NCBI RefSeq assembly: GCF_009914755.1
Contig: NC_060934.1
Source of the DNA: the human T2T-CHM13v2.0 reference genome, Homo sapiens
Length of the DNA stretch: 64,000 bases
Strand: one strand, 5' to 3'
Shown here: positions 11,996 through 26,894 of the stretch, piece by piece
Position numbering within the stretch: the first letter of the stretch is position 1
Layout of the letters: each line of letters begins with the position of its first letter
Translations under genes and position numbers: made by a program
Notes under the pieces: generated by a model
The model's database searches: none
Told to the model about the DNA's origin: nothing
What the model saw: only the letters and a program-made list of their open reading frames with translations

Positions 11996-13395
11996 GGGCC
12001 CCTAGAAGGCCTGGTGTCTAATTCCAACCCTATTGTCAAGCTGCTCTGTGGTCCAAGGCAAATCACCTCTCTGAGCCATAGATCCTGCATAGGAAAGAAA
12101 TGGACAGACTAACCTCACAGCAGGGGAAACATTCGTGCAGAATAACCCCTAACAGGATTTTAACTTCTGGAGGCCACACAGACAAAATCAACTGAAATGT
12201 GGGCTGCGCCACCACCTACAGACTTGGTGACCATGCCTTACCCAGCACATTTGGTCTCTCTCAAACCCATTTTCATGCTGATTTAGCATAACAGCCTGTG
12301 CATGAAAGTCCATAATTTGCTCCAGATGGGAAGAATTAGTAACAGATCCCTACAAAGCAAAGGGGAGGTCAACAAGTGAGAGAACAGGAATGCCAGGCAC
12401 TGCCTTCTAAGGGAATAGGTCCCAACTCCAGCTCCTGAGATAGTGTGGGCACCATAGTGTTGCTGCACCAGCGGATCCCACAATCCCTGCCAACAGCTCA
12501 CTGGCCTGGTGTGACCTCTTGACCTAAGATGGGCCAATCAGATTCACTCTCCCAGAAACCCGGAGTTGGGGCCTGAGACGCTGTGTGGATCTGAGCTCCG
12601 AGGTCACAGGAAGTAGGAGGCAAATTGGCACCATGGCTGACCTGAGTCATGATGGAATCGAGATGCTGCTGATGATCCTAGAACACTGGTTTGCAGGGAA
12701 GAGCAGGACAATAAGGCAGATATTCAGAAATAACTAGAAATGGCCCTCACATCTCAGTGCAGGTCCCTGGGAGGGCCAGCTGGATCTCACCTCCTGCTCT
12801 GGGAGCCTGGGAGCCTGCCAGCTGTGCCCCTACAAAACCCCGCCTCTACCTTTACCATCACCAGCCGGCAGGGTATTCTGTTTCTGGAACCAAGCGTGCC
12901 GAGTACTCCTTGGCCAGACCAACTGGGGGAGTTAACAGAGATACTTTAGAATGCCAGGTGCTCAGGTCAATAGAATGGGGCAGGGCGGATGCGTACACAG
13001 TAATATTAGAAGAATATTAACAAGTAGATCTTTAAACACTTGCTCCTCTATCCTTCCCTATAACCATCTCCAAGGTGAAGAACCCGGTAAGCCCAGACAC
13101 CAGGGACGAACAACCAGATAAATAAGGTTTGTTGAATCATTTCCCCCAGACAGTGCCCGTTTTGAGATGTGACCTGGTGGCCACCAAATGCCTTGGCCTC
13201 AGTGCAAACTAAGCAGGGCACACTGCCTGGGAGTCCTCCAAGAGCCCTGCAGGAGTCCTCTCGGTTTGCATGCCTTGCTTACAGATGAGGTTAAGAAATG
13301 TCAAGGGGAAAGCTAAAGAAAAGTCTGCCTTCACCCAAATCCTGCTATGCTCCTGGATGAGAAATGTTTCCTGCTGAGAGTAAAGGACCTGATGC
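11905..13395 (-). other. Candidate alternative terminal exon in SLIT1 intron 4
   Basis: Acceptor CTGTCTTTTCTTTCCAG|G at 13395, in frame with exon 4 for 61 codons to TAG 13211-13209. AATAAA at 11925-11920 followed by a GU/U-rich tract. Confidence 0.4.
12420..12960. mobile_element. MLT1-like MaLR LTR relic
   Basis: TGACCTAAGATGGGCCAATCAGATTCACTCTCCCAG motif typical of MLT1. Confidence 0.5.
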
Positions 13396-14852
13396 CTGGA
13401 AAGAAAAGACAGTAAGTGTTAGGGAGAAGTTCTGGCTCTAGAGCCTAGAAACACCCCCCCAAAGGGCTACCAAGACTTCCACTGCCCTCCTGGAAGTCCC
13501 TCTGTTGGCTGCCAACCAGCCCCCTCCCGAAAGCAGCTGGCCTGGGACCACTGCAATGAGGACACCCAATGTGTCTAGAGGCTTCTGCCTCCCAGCCCCA
13601 TAGGGTGCCAAGAGCAGGTATCATACAGAGTGCTGTCCTCTGCAATGGCTTTTTGCTCCTTGATTTAATCTTCTTGTGCCAGCCTTTGGTTATAGAATCT
13701 GGCTATTTAATACTCATTAAAATATAGATGTCCTTTCCTCTAGGACTCCTGTAAAATATGAAACCATGAAGAGGGCGGGCCTAGGAGTCAGAGGGCTTCA
13801 TCCTGACTCTCGGGAAGTCACTTCCTCTTTCCAACCTGTCTCGCTGGCAGTAACACTGGGAGACATTGCTTGCCTCATGGCCACATGTGTCAGACAAGAT
13901 ATCAAGCACAGGAGCACCTGCTTCACCGAGGGGCTATTTGCTCACCCTGAGTTATCAGGGGCATGATGGATGAACATCCGCTGAGGGCCAGCTGCAGGCT
14001 TGGTTATGTTACATGCACAGTCCCAGTTCAGACTCCTACTAGCCCTACCATGTATGGGTAAGAGAAATGGGCTCTGAACAATTAAACCACCCAAAGTTAT
14101 GCCTTGAAAAGCCCAGGACCACCTGACCCTTGACTTTCTGCTTCCCAGGCCACCTTCCATTCCAGGGGGGATCCAGGTTTCCCAGACACAGGCCAAGGAG
14201 GCAGCCAAGTTGTCATTTTCCTCAGGAAGGAACACAGGTGTGTGCAAGGCACCAATGTCCAAAGAGAAGGGTGGACTCGAGTAAAGGAGGGAGGGAGTCC
14301 CCTGCAGAGCTACCCTTTACCCCCAAGGGCTGGTGGAAGGTTATGACAAAAGAAGTCAGCTCCCCGCTAAAAATGAATATGGCTGGAGATGATCTCAAGT
14401 AAAGGGCTGGAAGTTGGTGGATTCAGATTTACATGATGGGTCTTGGAGATTTTAAAATCAATGAGGGAGAGTGAAAGTGGGCACCCAGAGCTTGACGGCA
14501 ACTGTACAGTATACATATGCCTTGATCCCAGCAAGGTAGAGGGCAACGGATCACTATGGGAAGGAGAAGGGACCCAAGTAGGCAAATCATGCCAGGAGAG
14601 CAAGGGCAAAAGCTTGAAAGGTTAAGAGGACATAGGAGGGGGAAAGAATTGCACAATTGAGACCAAGAGAAAAGACATTCAAGAAGAATTTTTGCAGAAA
14701 GGCAGAGCTGTGATAACACTTGCAAGTCAGCAGAGAAAGAACAGCAGAGAGAAAACAGGAGTTGCTGGGGCCAAGGCAGGGCAAGGCCAGATGCTTGCAT
14801 GTGGCCAGCAACAGCATGGACCACATAGACCAGTGCATGGCCCACAGGTTCA

Positions 14853-15551
<699 letters not shown>

Positions 15552-15889
15552 TTAATCAGAGGAGACAAAATCAAGCCCCAGACTCTAGGAGCCCATGGTC
15601 AGACCCCTTAGCACTCAGGTAACCTTAGGGTGCCACTCTCACCCAACCCACACCCCTCAGTCTTACCTACATTGCTTATTACCCCTTTCTCTACCTAGGT
15701 GCTGACCCATAAGCTCCTTCAGGGACGAACCAGTAGTGCTGTGCCAGGCATGCAGAAGGCCCTGCCGGTGGCTCTTAAGGTTATTAATGACAACAATTAA
15801 GGGAACTAAAAAACATCCCAACTCAAAATTCAAAAACCTGACAGCTCTTCAAAAACTAGGTAGTTATAGAAAGCAAAACTGAGAAATAT

Positions 15890-16095
15890 ATAAGTTACTG
15901 GAGAGCAGATTTAGGGCCCAAAGTTAAAAATTTTCTAATTTACTTATTTGTCCAGTGATAGAGTTGATTGTCTGCAGAGGTGGTGAGCTCCCCATCACTA
16001 GAGGTAGCCAAGCAAAGACTGTGGGACCATATGCTAAGGAGCTGCAGAAGAGATTCCTTAGATAATCTCAAAGGTCTTGTCCAACCCAATTCCCA
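15890..16095 (+). mobile_element. L3/CR1 3' fragment
   Basis: GTGAGCTCCCCATCACTAGAGGTAGCCAAGCAAAGACTG...AAGGTCTTGTCCAACC resembles the CR1/L3 3' end. Confidence 0.65.
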
Positions 16096-16682
16096 TAAAA
16101 TGAAATATATGGTAGAAAAATTACAGACACATGTGGCAAATCATGGTGCAGCAGAATTAGCAACTATCCTTCGAACTTGAAAGAAGTACATTGACAATAC
16201 ATAAAAATATGATCTTATACCATGGTTAATAACCTTACAGACCTCATGGCCCTAAACGGTAGAAAGAGCTGAAAATAGAAATAGGTTCAAGAAGGGCTTA
16301 GTTGAATGAGTAAATATTCAGCTCCAGGCAGGTTACTAAAGGCGCAGTGAGATGGGTAAGAATGAGCCCCTGTAAAGGCTGGCATCACCGTCCACAAGCA
16401 TGCCTGCCTGCAGAACACCCTTGTACCCACACTGTCAGCGGCAGCTCACAAATCTGGATGAACTGCGGGTTCTTCCAAGTGCTTGCCATGGAGAAATACC
16501 CTGCACAGCACCTTCCTACAGAAAGGGCCTGGCCTTTGATGCCCTGGACCATTCCTGCCAGGGGAGGAGCACAGGGTCAGGGTCATGGGAATATCCAGGC
16601 CCCACTGACCAAACACTGTGCCTCCCACAGGGTGAGAGACAAAACCACAGGGAGAACTCTCTGGCCACAGAGCGTCACTCAC

Positions 16683-16754
16683 AGTCTTGACAAAGCCTGG
16701 TTGTTCTGGAACAGCAGTTCCGGTAACATGTGCAGCTGGTTTCGGTTCAGTCGC
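16683..16754 (-). CDS. SLIT1: SLIT1 exon 4 (one 24-aa LRR)
   Basis: Acceptor TTCTTCTCTTTTATAG|G, 72 nt, [23 protein letters not shown](L), donor CT|GTGAGT. No further LRR exon found in 1-16682. Confidence 0.97.
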
Positions 16755-17231
16755 CTATAAAAGAGAAGAAGAATTGGAAATCACCTAGACAGCCAGGAAA
16801 TCCAAAGGACTTCTCAGAAAGCACAAGATGGATTCAGAGGCAGAAGGTCCAGTATTCAAATCCTAACAGGGTCCATGTGGCATCCCAGGGAAATTACCTT
16901 CTCTGGGCCTCAGTTCTTCATCTGTAAAGTGGAGATTCCACCACCCAGCACGAGGGGAGGATAAGAACAGAGTGTCTGCGGAAGCCCCTCACCAGCACCT
17001 CTCCTTCCACTACTTCTTCCCATAGCCATCATCATCATCACTTCACATTTGCAAGCCCTGTGTGGTTTCTAAGGCACTGATTCCAATGCTGTTTCCCTTT
17101 GTGAGTTGGAAACCTGACTACACTTGAAATGGGAGACATACCCTAATGGCCACACAGCCCTGATTTCATCCACATTTGGCTCAACAGAGGTTTCACTTTT
17201 TTTTTTATTGTTTGCTTTGGGTCTTTTTTCA

Positions 17232-17935
<704 letters not shown>

Positions 17936-19569
17936 CAGGGGTGTCTGAGGGGTCTTAGAACAAATCCCCCATGGATACCAAGGGACAACTGTATGATAAA
18001 CCATCTCAGCCAAAAGCTTACTTCCAGAGGGAAGGGGAAAAACTTAATTCCATGTAGCCAGCAGTAATTGGTCTGTGGTTACCTCCTAGAAGGTCATCCT
18101 TCATCTAATATGTGAGAAAGGCCATTGCCACCACATTGGGCACCGCCATGTTCCCCAAGGTACAGACAATTAAGTCAACTTTTGCAGACCCACTGGAAGT
18201 TTACTTTTAAGGGCAGGCTCCTAGGGAAACACTTCATTGCCTTGGGGGGATAAAATCATCAATACAATCCTTAAAGCAACAGGAGTAGACATCAGATAGC
18301 TCCAAATTCTTTATCCTTGGTCCAGTAAATTAATCCTGTATTTACACTGCCTGGTAACCACTGGTTTTGTTTTGTTTTCCCCCAAGACTTTCTCATTTTT
18401 CTGGCTTCTGCTTCTGAAAATTATTTAGGAGGAAAAAGGGATTCAATGCCTAGTTTAAAATGGAAAATTAAAGGACACTAAAGAAGGGACTCCACATGGC
18501 GAGGGACATGAAGTTTACTGAGAATGATAACAGTAGTCATGGCCACCATCATAATCAGCCCTTACTATGTGCCAGGCATGGGGCAAATGCATTAGGGGCA
18601 TGAGCTCATCGCGGGCGGGAAAGCGGAGCGTAAAGGTGGGCCTCTTTCTCTTGAAAGTGACAACAGCACTTTGCATTCGTGCCCTCACCCTCCTGACTCT
18701 CAACAAACACCCCCCACAGAGGTTTCCTGCCACCACTGCACCACGTGGCTTGGCTCTTCATAGGTGCCCAAGATAGGTTTGCTGACTTTGTTGAGTTGCT
18801 CATCTTTGAAAGATGAGAGAATAGGGGTACCAAGAGGTAAGTGACTCGCCCAAGCCATTACTGAATGGTAGATGTGGGATCTTGAAGCTTGCCTTTCTCT
18901 ACTCCCCATCCTGGCTGCTCCCATGGTATGATCCTGGCCACGGTACAGTGCCAGGCCAGCTCCCAGGGTGACTGGGCACACTCCACTCCTCTCCACCTGC
19001 AGACCCGCTGAGGCCACAATGTCCTGATCCCTCTTGGCCAGCTCAACTGCACACTGCTGCATCTACTCTGGAGTTTATAACTGCTCACAAGAACCAGTTA
19101 TGTCTACTCCCAAACCTGTTTATGCCAGAGGCACTTGCCATTCTAACTCTATAATTTAATTACCTATTACATAAATGAATGAAATGCTAGTGGAAAAAGA
19201 GTCATCTCTATGAAAACTAAGTGGAATGCTTTAGAAAGATTCGATGAAAGGAAAGCTGCTAATTAAAGGGCTGTTGAATTAAGTAAAAGACGGTGGCAGA
19301 CAGGGGTGGGTGTCATTTTAAAAATCAGGAATACTCCCCCAGATTGCTCCCAAGGCCCTTTGGAAAATCTCACTCCATCTTCCAGAAACCAAACCCAAAA
19401 ATCATCAACAAGGTATACGTGTGTGGTTTAGGCGAGGCAAACAACACAGAAAGAACACCAGCGTTTCACACCAAAGAGAAAGACTTTGGCCAAAAAAAAG
19501 AGGAGGGGTCAGTAAATGCACATTTATATGTTTTAACATAAAATGAAATGTCTAAGGTATGTGTGGGGT

Positions 19570-19890
19570 TTTGTTGTTGTTATTGTTGTTGTTTTGCTGT
19601 TTTTGAGACAGAGACTTGCTCTGTCGCCCAGGCTGGACTGCAGCGGCATGATCTCGGCTCACCGCAACCTCCGCCTCCCGGGTTCAAGTGATTCTCCTGC
19701 CTGAGCCTCTGGAGTAGCTGGGATTACAGGCACGTACCACTGTGCCTGGCTAATTTTCATATTTTTAGTAGAGGCAGGGTTTCACCATGTTGGCCAGGCT
19801 GGTCTCGAACTCCTGACCTCAAGTGATCCACCCCCACCACCTGGCCTCCCAAAGTGCTGGGATTACAGGCATGAGCCACCGTGCCTGGCT
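19570..19890 (-). mobile_element. Alu (AluS-like) with (TTG)n tail
   Basis: Reverse Alu; TSD GGTATGTGTGG on both flanks. Confidence 0.94.
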
Positions 19891-20164
19891 GGTATGTGTG
19901 GTTTTTAATGACTCTGCACTTTAATCACCTTTTACGATCAACTGATGCACCACTGGTCTCCAACAACTCAGGCGGCGACCATTGAACTGACCACTCAGGA
20001 AGGTGCCTGCAGGCCTAAAGTCGCCACTCACCCAGTGGGGTCATGTCTCGACCCCCCAGACCCTTTCCCTCCTCCCCTCCTTCCCAGCACAAGAGGTGGA
20101 GCCAGGTTGGGTCAGGTTCAAATCAGCCCCTCATAGCCAGGTCATTAACATGTATTTTATTCTA

Positions 20165-20664
<500 letters not shown>

Positions 20665-21193
20665 TCAAGTCATCTTCATTAAGAGCTCAGACTTTGAAGG
20701 CAAAATGATCTGGGTTCTAATCCCCTCTTCTGTACAACTGGGGACAAGTGACTTAATCTCTGTGTACCTCTCTTTCTCATCTGTGAAATACTACTTAGAG
20801 CAGTGTTGTTTTAAGGATTAAACGAGATAATATAAGGCAAAGAGCTTCCCCAGGTGCCTGGCATAGAGTGGTGGTAGCTATAATCATAATAATAAACTTG
20901 TCATAAGAAAATCCATTAAAAGAGAAAAACACAAAGAATAAAAATAAAGTTATCTATAATCCACCACTCACTATAATGAGAGTTAGTGGTTCCAGTTGTC
21001 TTCTTCCTCCTGTATTCTATCCACATGCAAATTGTTTTAGTAATACTATTGTCATTTTTTATCTTTTCCATTTAACATTATATTGCGAGCACATTCCCAT
21101 GTGTTCTTCACTGTTCTTCAGAAATGTGATTTTATTTCTTATGTATCCACTAGAATGGGTTTCCAATTTTTTTCTATTTAAGTAATGTGCAAT

Positions 21194-21526
<333 letters not shown>

Positions 21527-22245
21527 TTAGCCATGTCTCTGATTATTTCCTTAAAATAAAACGGACTTTCTGGTTCAAAGAGCATGAACATTAGGACTCC
21601 TAACACCTACAGCCAAACCACTTTCAGAAGGACGAGATCGGCGACCACCGTGAACATGATGAGTGCCCATCCCCCACCTCACCCCCCTATGTTTCTTTTT
21701 TTTTCATCGTTGCCAAACTGAAATGTAAAAATTGATCAAGACCCATTTTCAAACTTAAAAGCCCTATTCAGCAACAAACCATGTGAATCAGGACAGGCCT
21801 CCACCTTCCCATTTCTGTACTGTGGCCCTGTGCACCTAAGACACCAATCCCCCGGGGCTTCCCTGACGGGTTCCGTTGGCACGGCTTCCTTTAAGGACAC
21901 ACAAATCAATGGACAGCGGTTATGTCAGGATGAGATGACAGGAAGAAATGTCACTTCCTCTGTATTATTATGTAAATTTTTTGCCATCCCGTATCTTCAG
22001 GGAAAAACAACAGGGACAGTTGCATGGAGAATGTGGGTTGGGGACCCACTCCAGGTTTCTCTGTGACCATGCCTTGTGACCACTTTCACAGCTGCAGCTG
22101 CTCCTGGCTCCATCCGCTGGTGGAGGCAGGCTGGGCATGGGGTCCCCTCCCATGAGTGCCCCTCATCCCTGGCAGCAGCTTGGCCTGCCAGTTCCCTCTC
22201 GTGCCAGCCCCCCGCCCTCCTGGCCTGCACCCTGCCAGGACTCAC

Positions 22246-22317
22246 AGCCGCTCCAGCTCCTTCATGTCATCAAAAGCACCACGTTCCACTGCTCCAATCT
22301 GGTTCTCCATCAGCTGC
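22246..22317 (-). CDS. SLIT1: SLIT1 exon 3 (one 24-aa LRR)
   Basis: Acceptor TTTGCTTCCCCAG|G, 72 nt, [23 protein letters not shown](L), donor CT|GTGAGT. Not present in the ORF track in this frame; found by reading the minus strand. Confidence 0.97.
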
Positions 22318-23683
22318 CTGGGGAAGCAAAGAGACAAGGACAGCTACAGGGTGTGGGACAAGGGCTGCTAGAAACAGCTGGCACAACGGCGGGGCAGAGG
22401 CAACCTCTGCCAGGGCAGCATTAGCAAGGGAGTAAGACAGGAGCCATGCCCAAGCCTCACACAGGCCTACGCCTGGCCTGAGCGGACTCAATTTCCTTAC
22501 ACCTTTGCAAATTTCCCACCATGGGCTCCTCAGGGCTCCCAGCATCTTACCTCACCACAAAAGGCACTTGCAACCCCCTGACCCTCTGAAGCTGCCTGCC
22601 AGGGCAGAAGGCCACAGGGCACCCAAGCACCATGTCTCCGCTCCAATCAGGCTCCAGGGAGCCAGGCCCAGCAGCAGGCAGCACAGGCTGGCTTGAGCTG
22701 CTGGCGCACGTGCCCTGGCCTCTTTGGGCCCTGAAGGCACATGTCCAAGGGACAGAACGGGGGGACCGGCCAGTATCAGGGGGAGGGGAGCCTGTGCCAA
22801 CTGGGCAGAGCCCACACAGGCAGCAACACACTCTACAATTGGCAGACAACACCCTGTCTCCCTGTACCCCCACCCTGCCTGGCCCCATCTGCTGAAGAAA
22901 AGAGTGGGGTGCCCACGCCAACTGAACCACCTGGCTCTGTGGGACTCTGCATCCCCTCACCGCCAACGTGCCCTGAAACCCAGAGCATCCGGCTGGTGGG
23001 GCAGCATTTTTCACCAACAGATTGACTGTTGCGTGATAACTTTTGAGATAGTCAAGTGTGTTTTTCCCCCTGCATCTGTCCCTCTCCACCCGCAAGCAGG
23101 TGGCTTTCGTGCCCCTGCATGGGCCTCAGATGACGTTGGGGGCAGGGCAGGGGGGGAACCGCCACCAGATATTTCTCTTTCTCTGCTTTGTTTCCAAAAA
23201 CCTGAAGTGTGAGAGGCTCCCGCTGGAGGCCTGGGGGCAGAGGGGAGGGGAATCCTGGGAGAGAGCATGGGCCTCCCCAGACTCAGAAGGGACACACCCA
23301 GAGCCTGGGAAGCGGCAGAGGTTGGGGGTTTCTGGAGCAGATCCGTGCCCAGCGGCTTGTCAGCTCTGACCTCAGAGACGATTGGTCACGAGGTCCCTGC
23401 TCCTCCAAAGACCCTCAGAACTGCAGAGGTGGGAGTTCTGAAAGAACTGAGGTCCTAAGACCCCTGCACTACCCTGAGAGCACAGGGCGACGGACCTTAT
23501 GATGAGTTAAGACTCAAGACTCAACATCACCCCACCCGACACCCCTCAGGATGTCTTGCCAAGACTGACTCCGTGGTAGAGGGGCCCAGACAGCCCACCA
23601 CCCTACCACCCACAGCCAGGGCCCTGCCCAGGACTGCCGTGGCATTGCCAGGGGTGGGGTGGGAGGGAGCACCCCATACTCAC

Positions 23684-23755
23684 AGCACCCGCAGCTGCTT
23701 GAGCCCCGCAAAGTCATTCTTATGGATCCGAGTGATGTTGTTGCCATTGAGTTCC
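23684..23755 (-). CDS. SLIT1: SLIT1 exon 2 (one 24-aa LRR)
   Basis: Acceptor CTTCTTCCTCCAG|G, 72 nt, [23 protein letters not shown](L), donor CT|GTGAGT; phase matches exon 1. Confidence 0.98.
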
Positions 23756-25030
23756 CTGGAGGAAGAAGGAGAGAAGGAAGCAGTGGGGTGAGCAGGGTAA
23801 GCCCCCAGGCCAGGGGCCCTGCTCCAGGTGCCCTCCCCGCCTGGATCAGCCAGTCGTCTCATCAGCGGGGCTGGGGGCTTCTGTGAGTTGAGTCTGTGTC
23901 AAGACCCAACAAGCTGGGCCCTCTTCGCAGCTGACATCCAACCCACTGGAACCGCAGGGCACAGGGCGCATCACTGGGAGTGCTGTGGAAACCAAAAACG
24001 TGGTTTCTGCCCACTGATGCAACTCAGTCAAGTTGGAGAGATGAGACATTCACCCAGGGAAGAATCCGGAAACTAGTCAAGAAGACAGGCTATTCAGGTA
24101 GAATCCTCGCTGAGCCTCAATTTCCTTATCTATAAAATGCGGACAACTGTGTCTACCTTATACGGTTAGCACAGGGTAGAAGCAAGTAAACGGCATAGCC
24201 TGCGCTTGCAAAGGTCCCCATGGGGACACCAGTGTTATCATCTGGTGGCACTGGCTCCTGCGAGTGCCGTATTCTAAGCAGGAGACAGCAGAGAGGGCCG
24301 TACAATTTTAAAGGACTGAGGAAGCGGGACTCAAGCTGAGGCCCAAAGACAAGGAAGAACTGCACACGACGGGGAGGGAGCAGACGTGCCCCAAGGACCA
24401 CACCACATCAGGCCTAGAGTAGCTGAGGGGTGAAGGGGGCAGCAGACAGCCAGAGAGTCGGAAGCTGTCAGAAGCAGGGCTGAGGGAAGGCAGGCCCAGA
24501 TCACAGAAGGCCGGAGAGAGCAAGCAGAGGAGAAACCGAGGGCCAGCGGAGGCTCTGGGTCAGGAGGATGGGGGGCCTGACAGGAGGCCAGTCCTGCAGC
24601 AGTGAGCAGGAGGGCAGTCCAGGAAGCGAGGCCACCCCACCATCTGGGTCCTGGGGCCAGGCCTACAGCTCCTCCTCTCACCCCATGCTGGGCTGCCTGG
24701 CCCCTCCTTCCTTCCAAGGCCACCTTGGACCCACCTGAGGAGCTGTCTGCCCCACCCAGCCTCGCTCAGCCTCACCAAGGCAGACCATTCCAGGAGGGAG
24801 GCTCCCCCTACCCCAGAAAGTTCCCCACTGAGCCCCACACAGCAGAATCTCCCTCAGGCCTCACTCCAGCTGTCCCCTCTGCCATCTGTCTCCTTGGGGC
24901 AGCTCCCCACTCGCCTGCTCCTCTTCCTCACACTGTTATGCTCACACACTCACGCCCCATGTTCACCTGCAGCCCAGTCTTCTCACTTGGCCAATTTTAG
25001 TCAAAAGTTCTGCGTATGGCCAAGAGTTCA

Positions 25031-25733
<703 letters not shown>

Positions 25734-26527
25734 CTAGGTGCCTTCCCAAGGTCACCTGCTGGTAATTGACAGAACAGGAATCTGAACCCGTGGCCATCTG
25801 ACCCGCGGGCCCAGGCTTTTTCTACCAGGTCAGGCTGTCTCAACATTCAACGCATCCTCTCGCTGTCTGTCCCGTGGGCCTGGCTCCTGATCCTCAGAAG
25901 CAGCTGCAAAAACTCATTCCCAGCTCCTCATCGCTTTCCTAACAGGATCTCTCAGAGGGGCCTGAGGCCTTTCCAAGCTAACACAAGCCATTGGTGAGAG
26001 TCCCTGACTGAGCTGCCTCCCCACCCTAAACGCTGCAAGGACACCCTCTCCAAATGAGATGGCTCTGCTTAATGTAGAGGTCATTTTTCAATGAACTAAA
26101 TATTATTTCCCGAAACAGCCACTCTGAGCCTCACTGTGTTGCACCCCAACCTGCTCCCTCTGCACCCCGGCCTTTCTTCAAACACTGAGAATGTCATCAT
26201 GAAGCCTTTGAAAGTGGTTCTCTTCCCAAGCAGGGCTGGTTTTCTTTGGGCTGAAATGTTTATTCCCAAACCTAAAACCACAAGGCACTTTTGGTTGTTG
26301 TTTTTCTATTATAAAAATATGTCAGCATTGATTATAAGAGGAAAAATCTTTAACAAGTTAAATGGATGTTAGTAGAGTATTGCTTGGTTGAATTCAGCAC
26401 ATCTGCAAAACCGAATACCATGTGGCCATTTAAAATGGTACAGATCTGTTTCTCTTGACAACAAAAGTTGTGCATAACACAGAACGTAGGAAAAGGTCAC
26501 AAGACAACCCTTTTCTAAGAGCCGGCT

Positions 26528-26894
26528 TGATATGGTTTGGCTGTGTACCCACCTAAATCTCATCTTGAATTGTAGTTCCCATAATCCCCATGTGTCATGG
26601 GAGGGAGCCGGTGGGAGGTAATTGAATCATCTGGGTAGGTCTTTCCCATGCTGTTCTCGTGATAGTGAATAAGTCTCATGAGATCTGATGGTTTTAAAAA
26701 GGGCAGTTCTCCTGCACTTCTCCTTGCTCCCGCCATGTGAAGAAGGATGTGTTTGCTTCCCCTTCCGCCATGATTGTAAGTTTCCTGAGGCCTCCCCAGC
26801 CCTGTGGAACTGTAAGTCAATTTAACCTCTTTCCTTTATGAATTACCCAGTCTCGGGTATGTCTTCATTAGCAGTGTGAGAACGGACTAATAAA
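26528..26894 (+). mobile_element. THE1 (MaLR) solo LTR
   Basis: Starts TGATATGGTTTGGCTGTGT..AAATCTCATCTTGAATTGTAG, ends GAACGGACTAATAAA; 5-bp TSD CGGCT/CTGCT. Confidence 0.92.
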
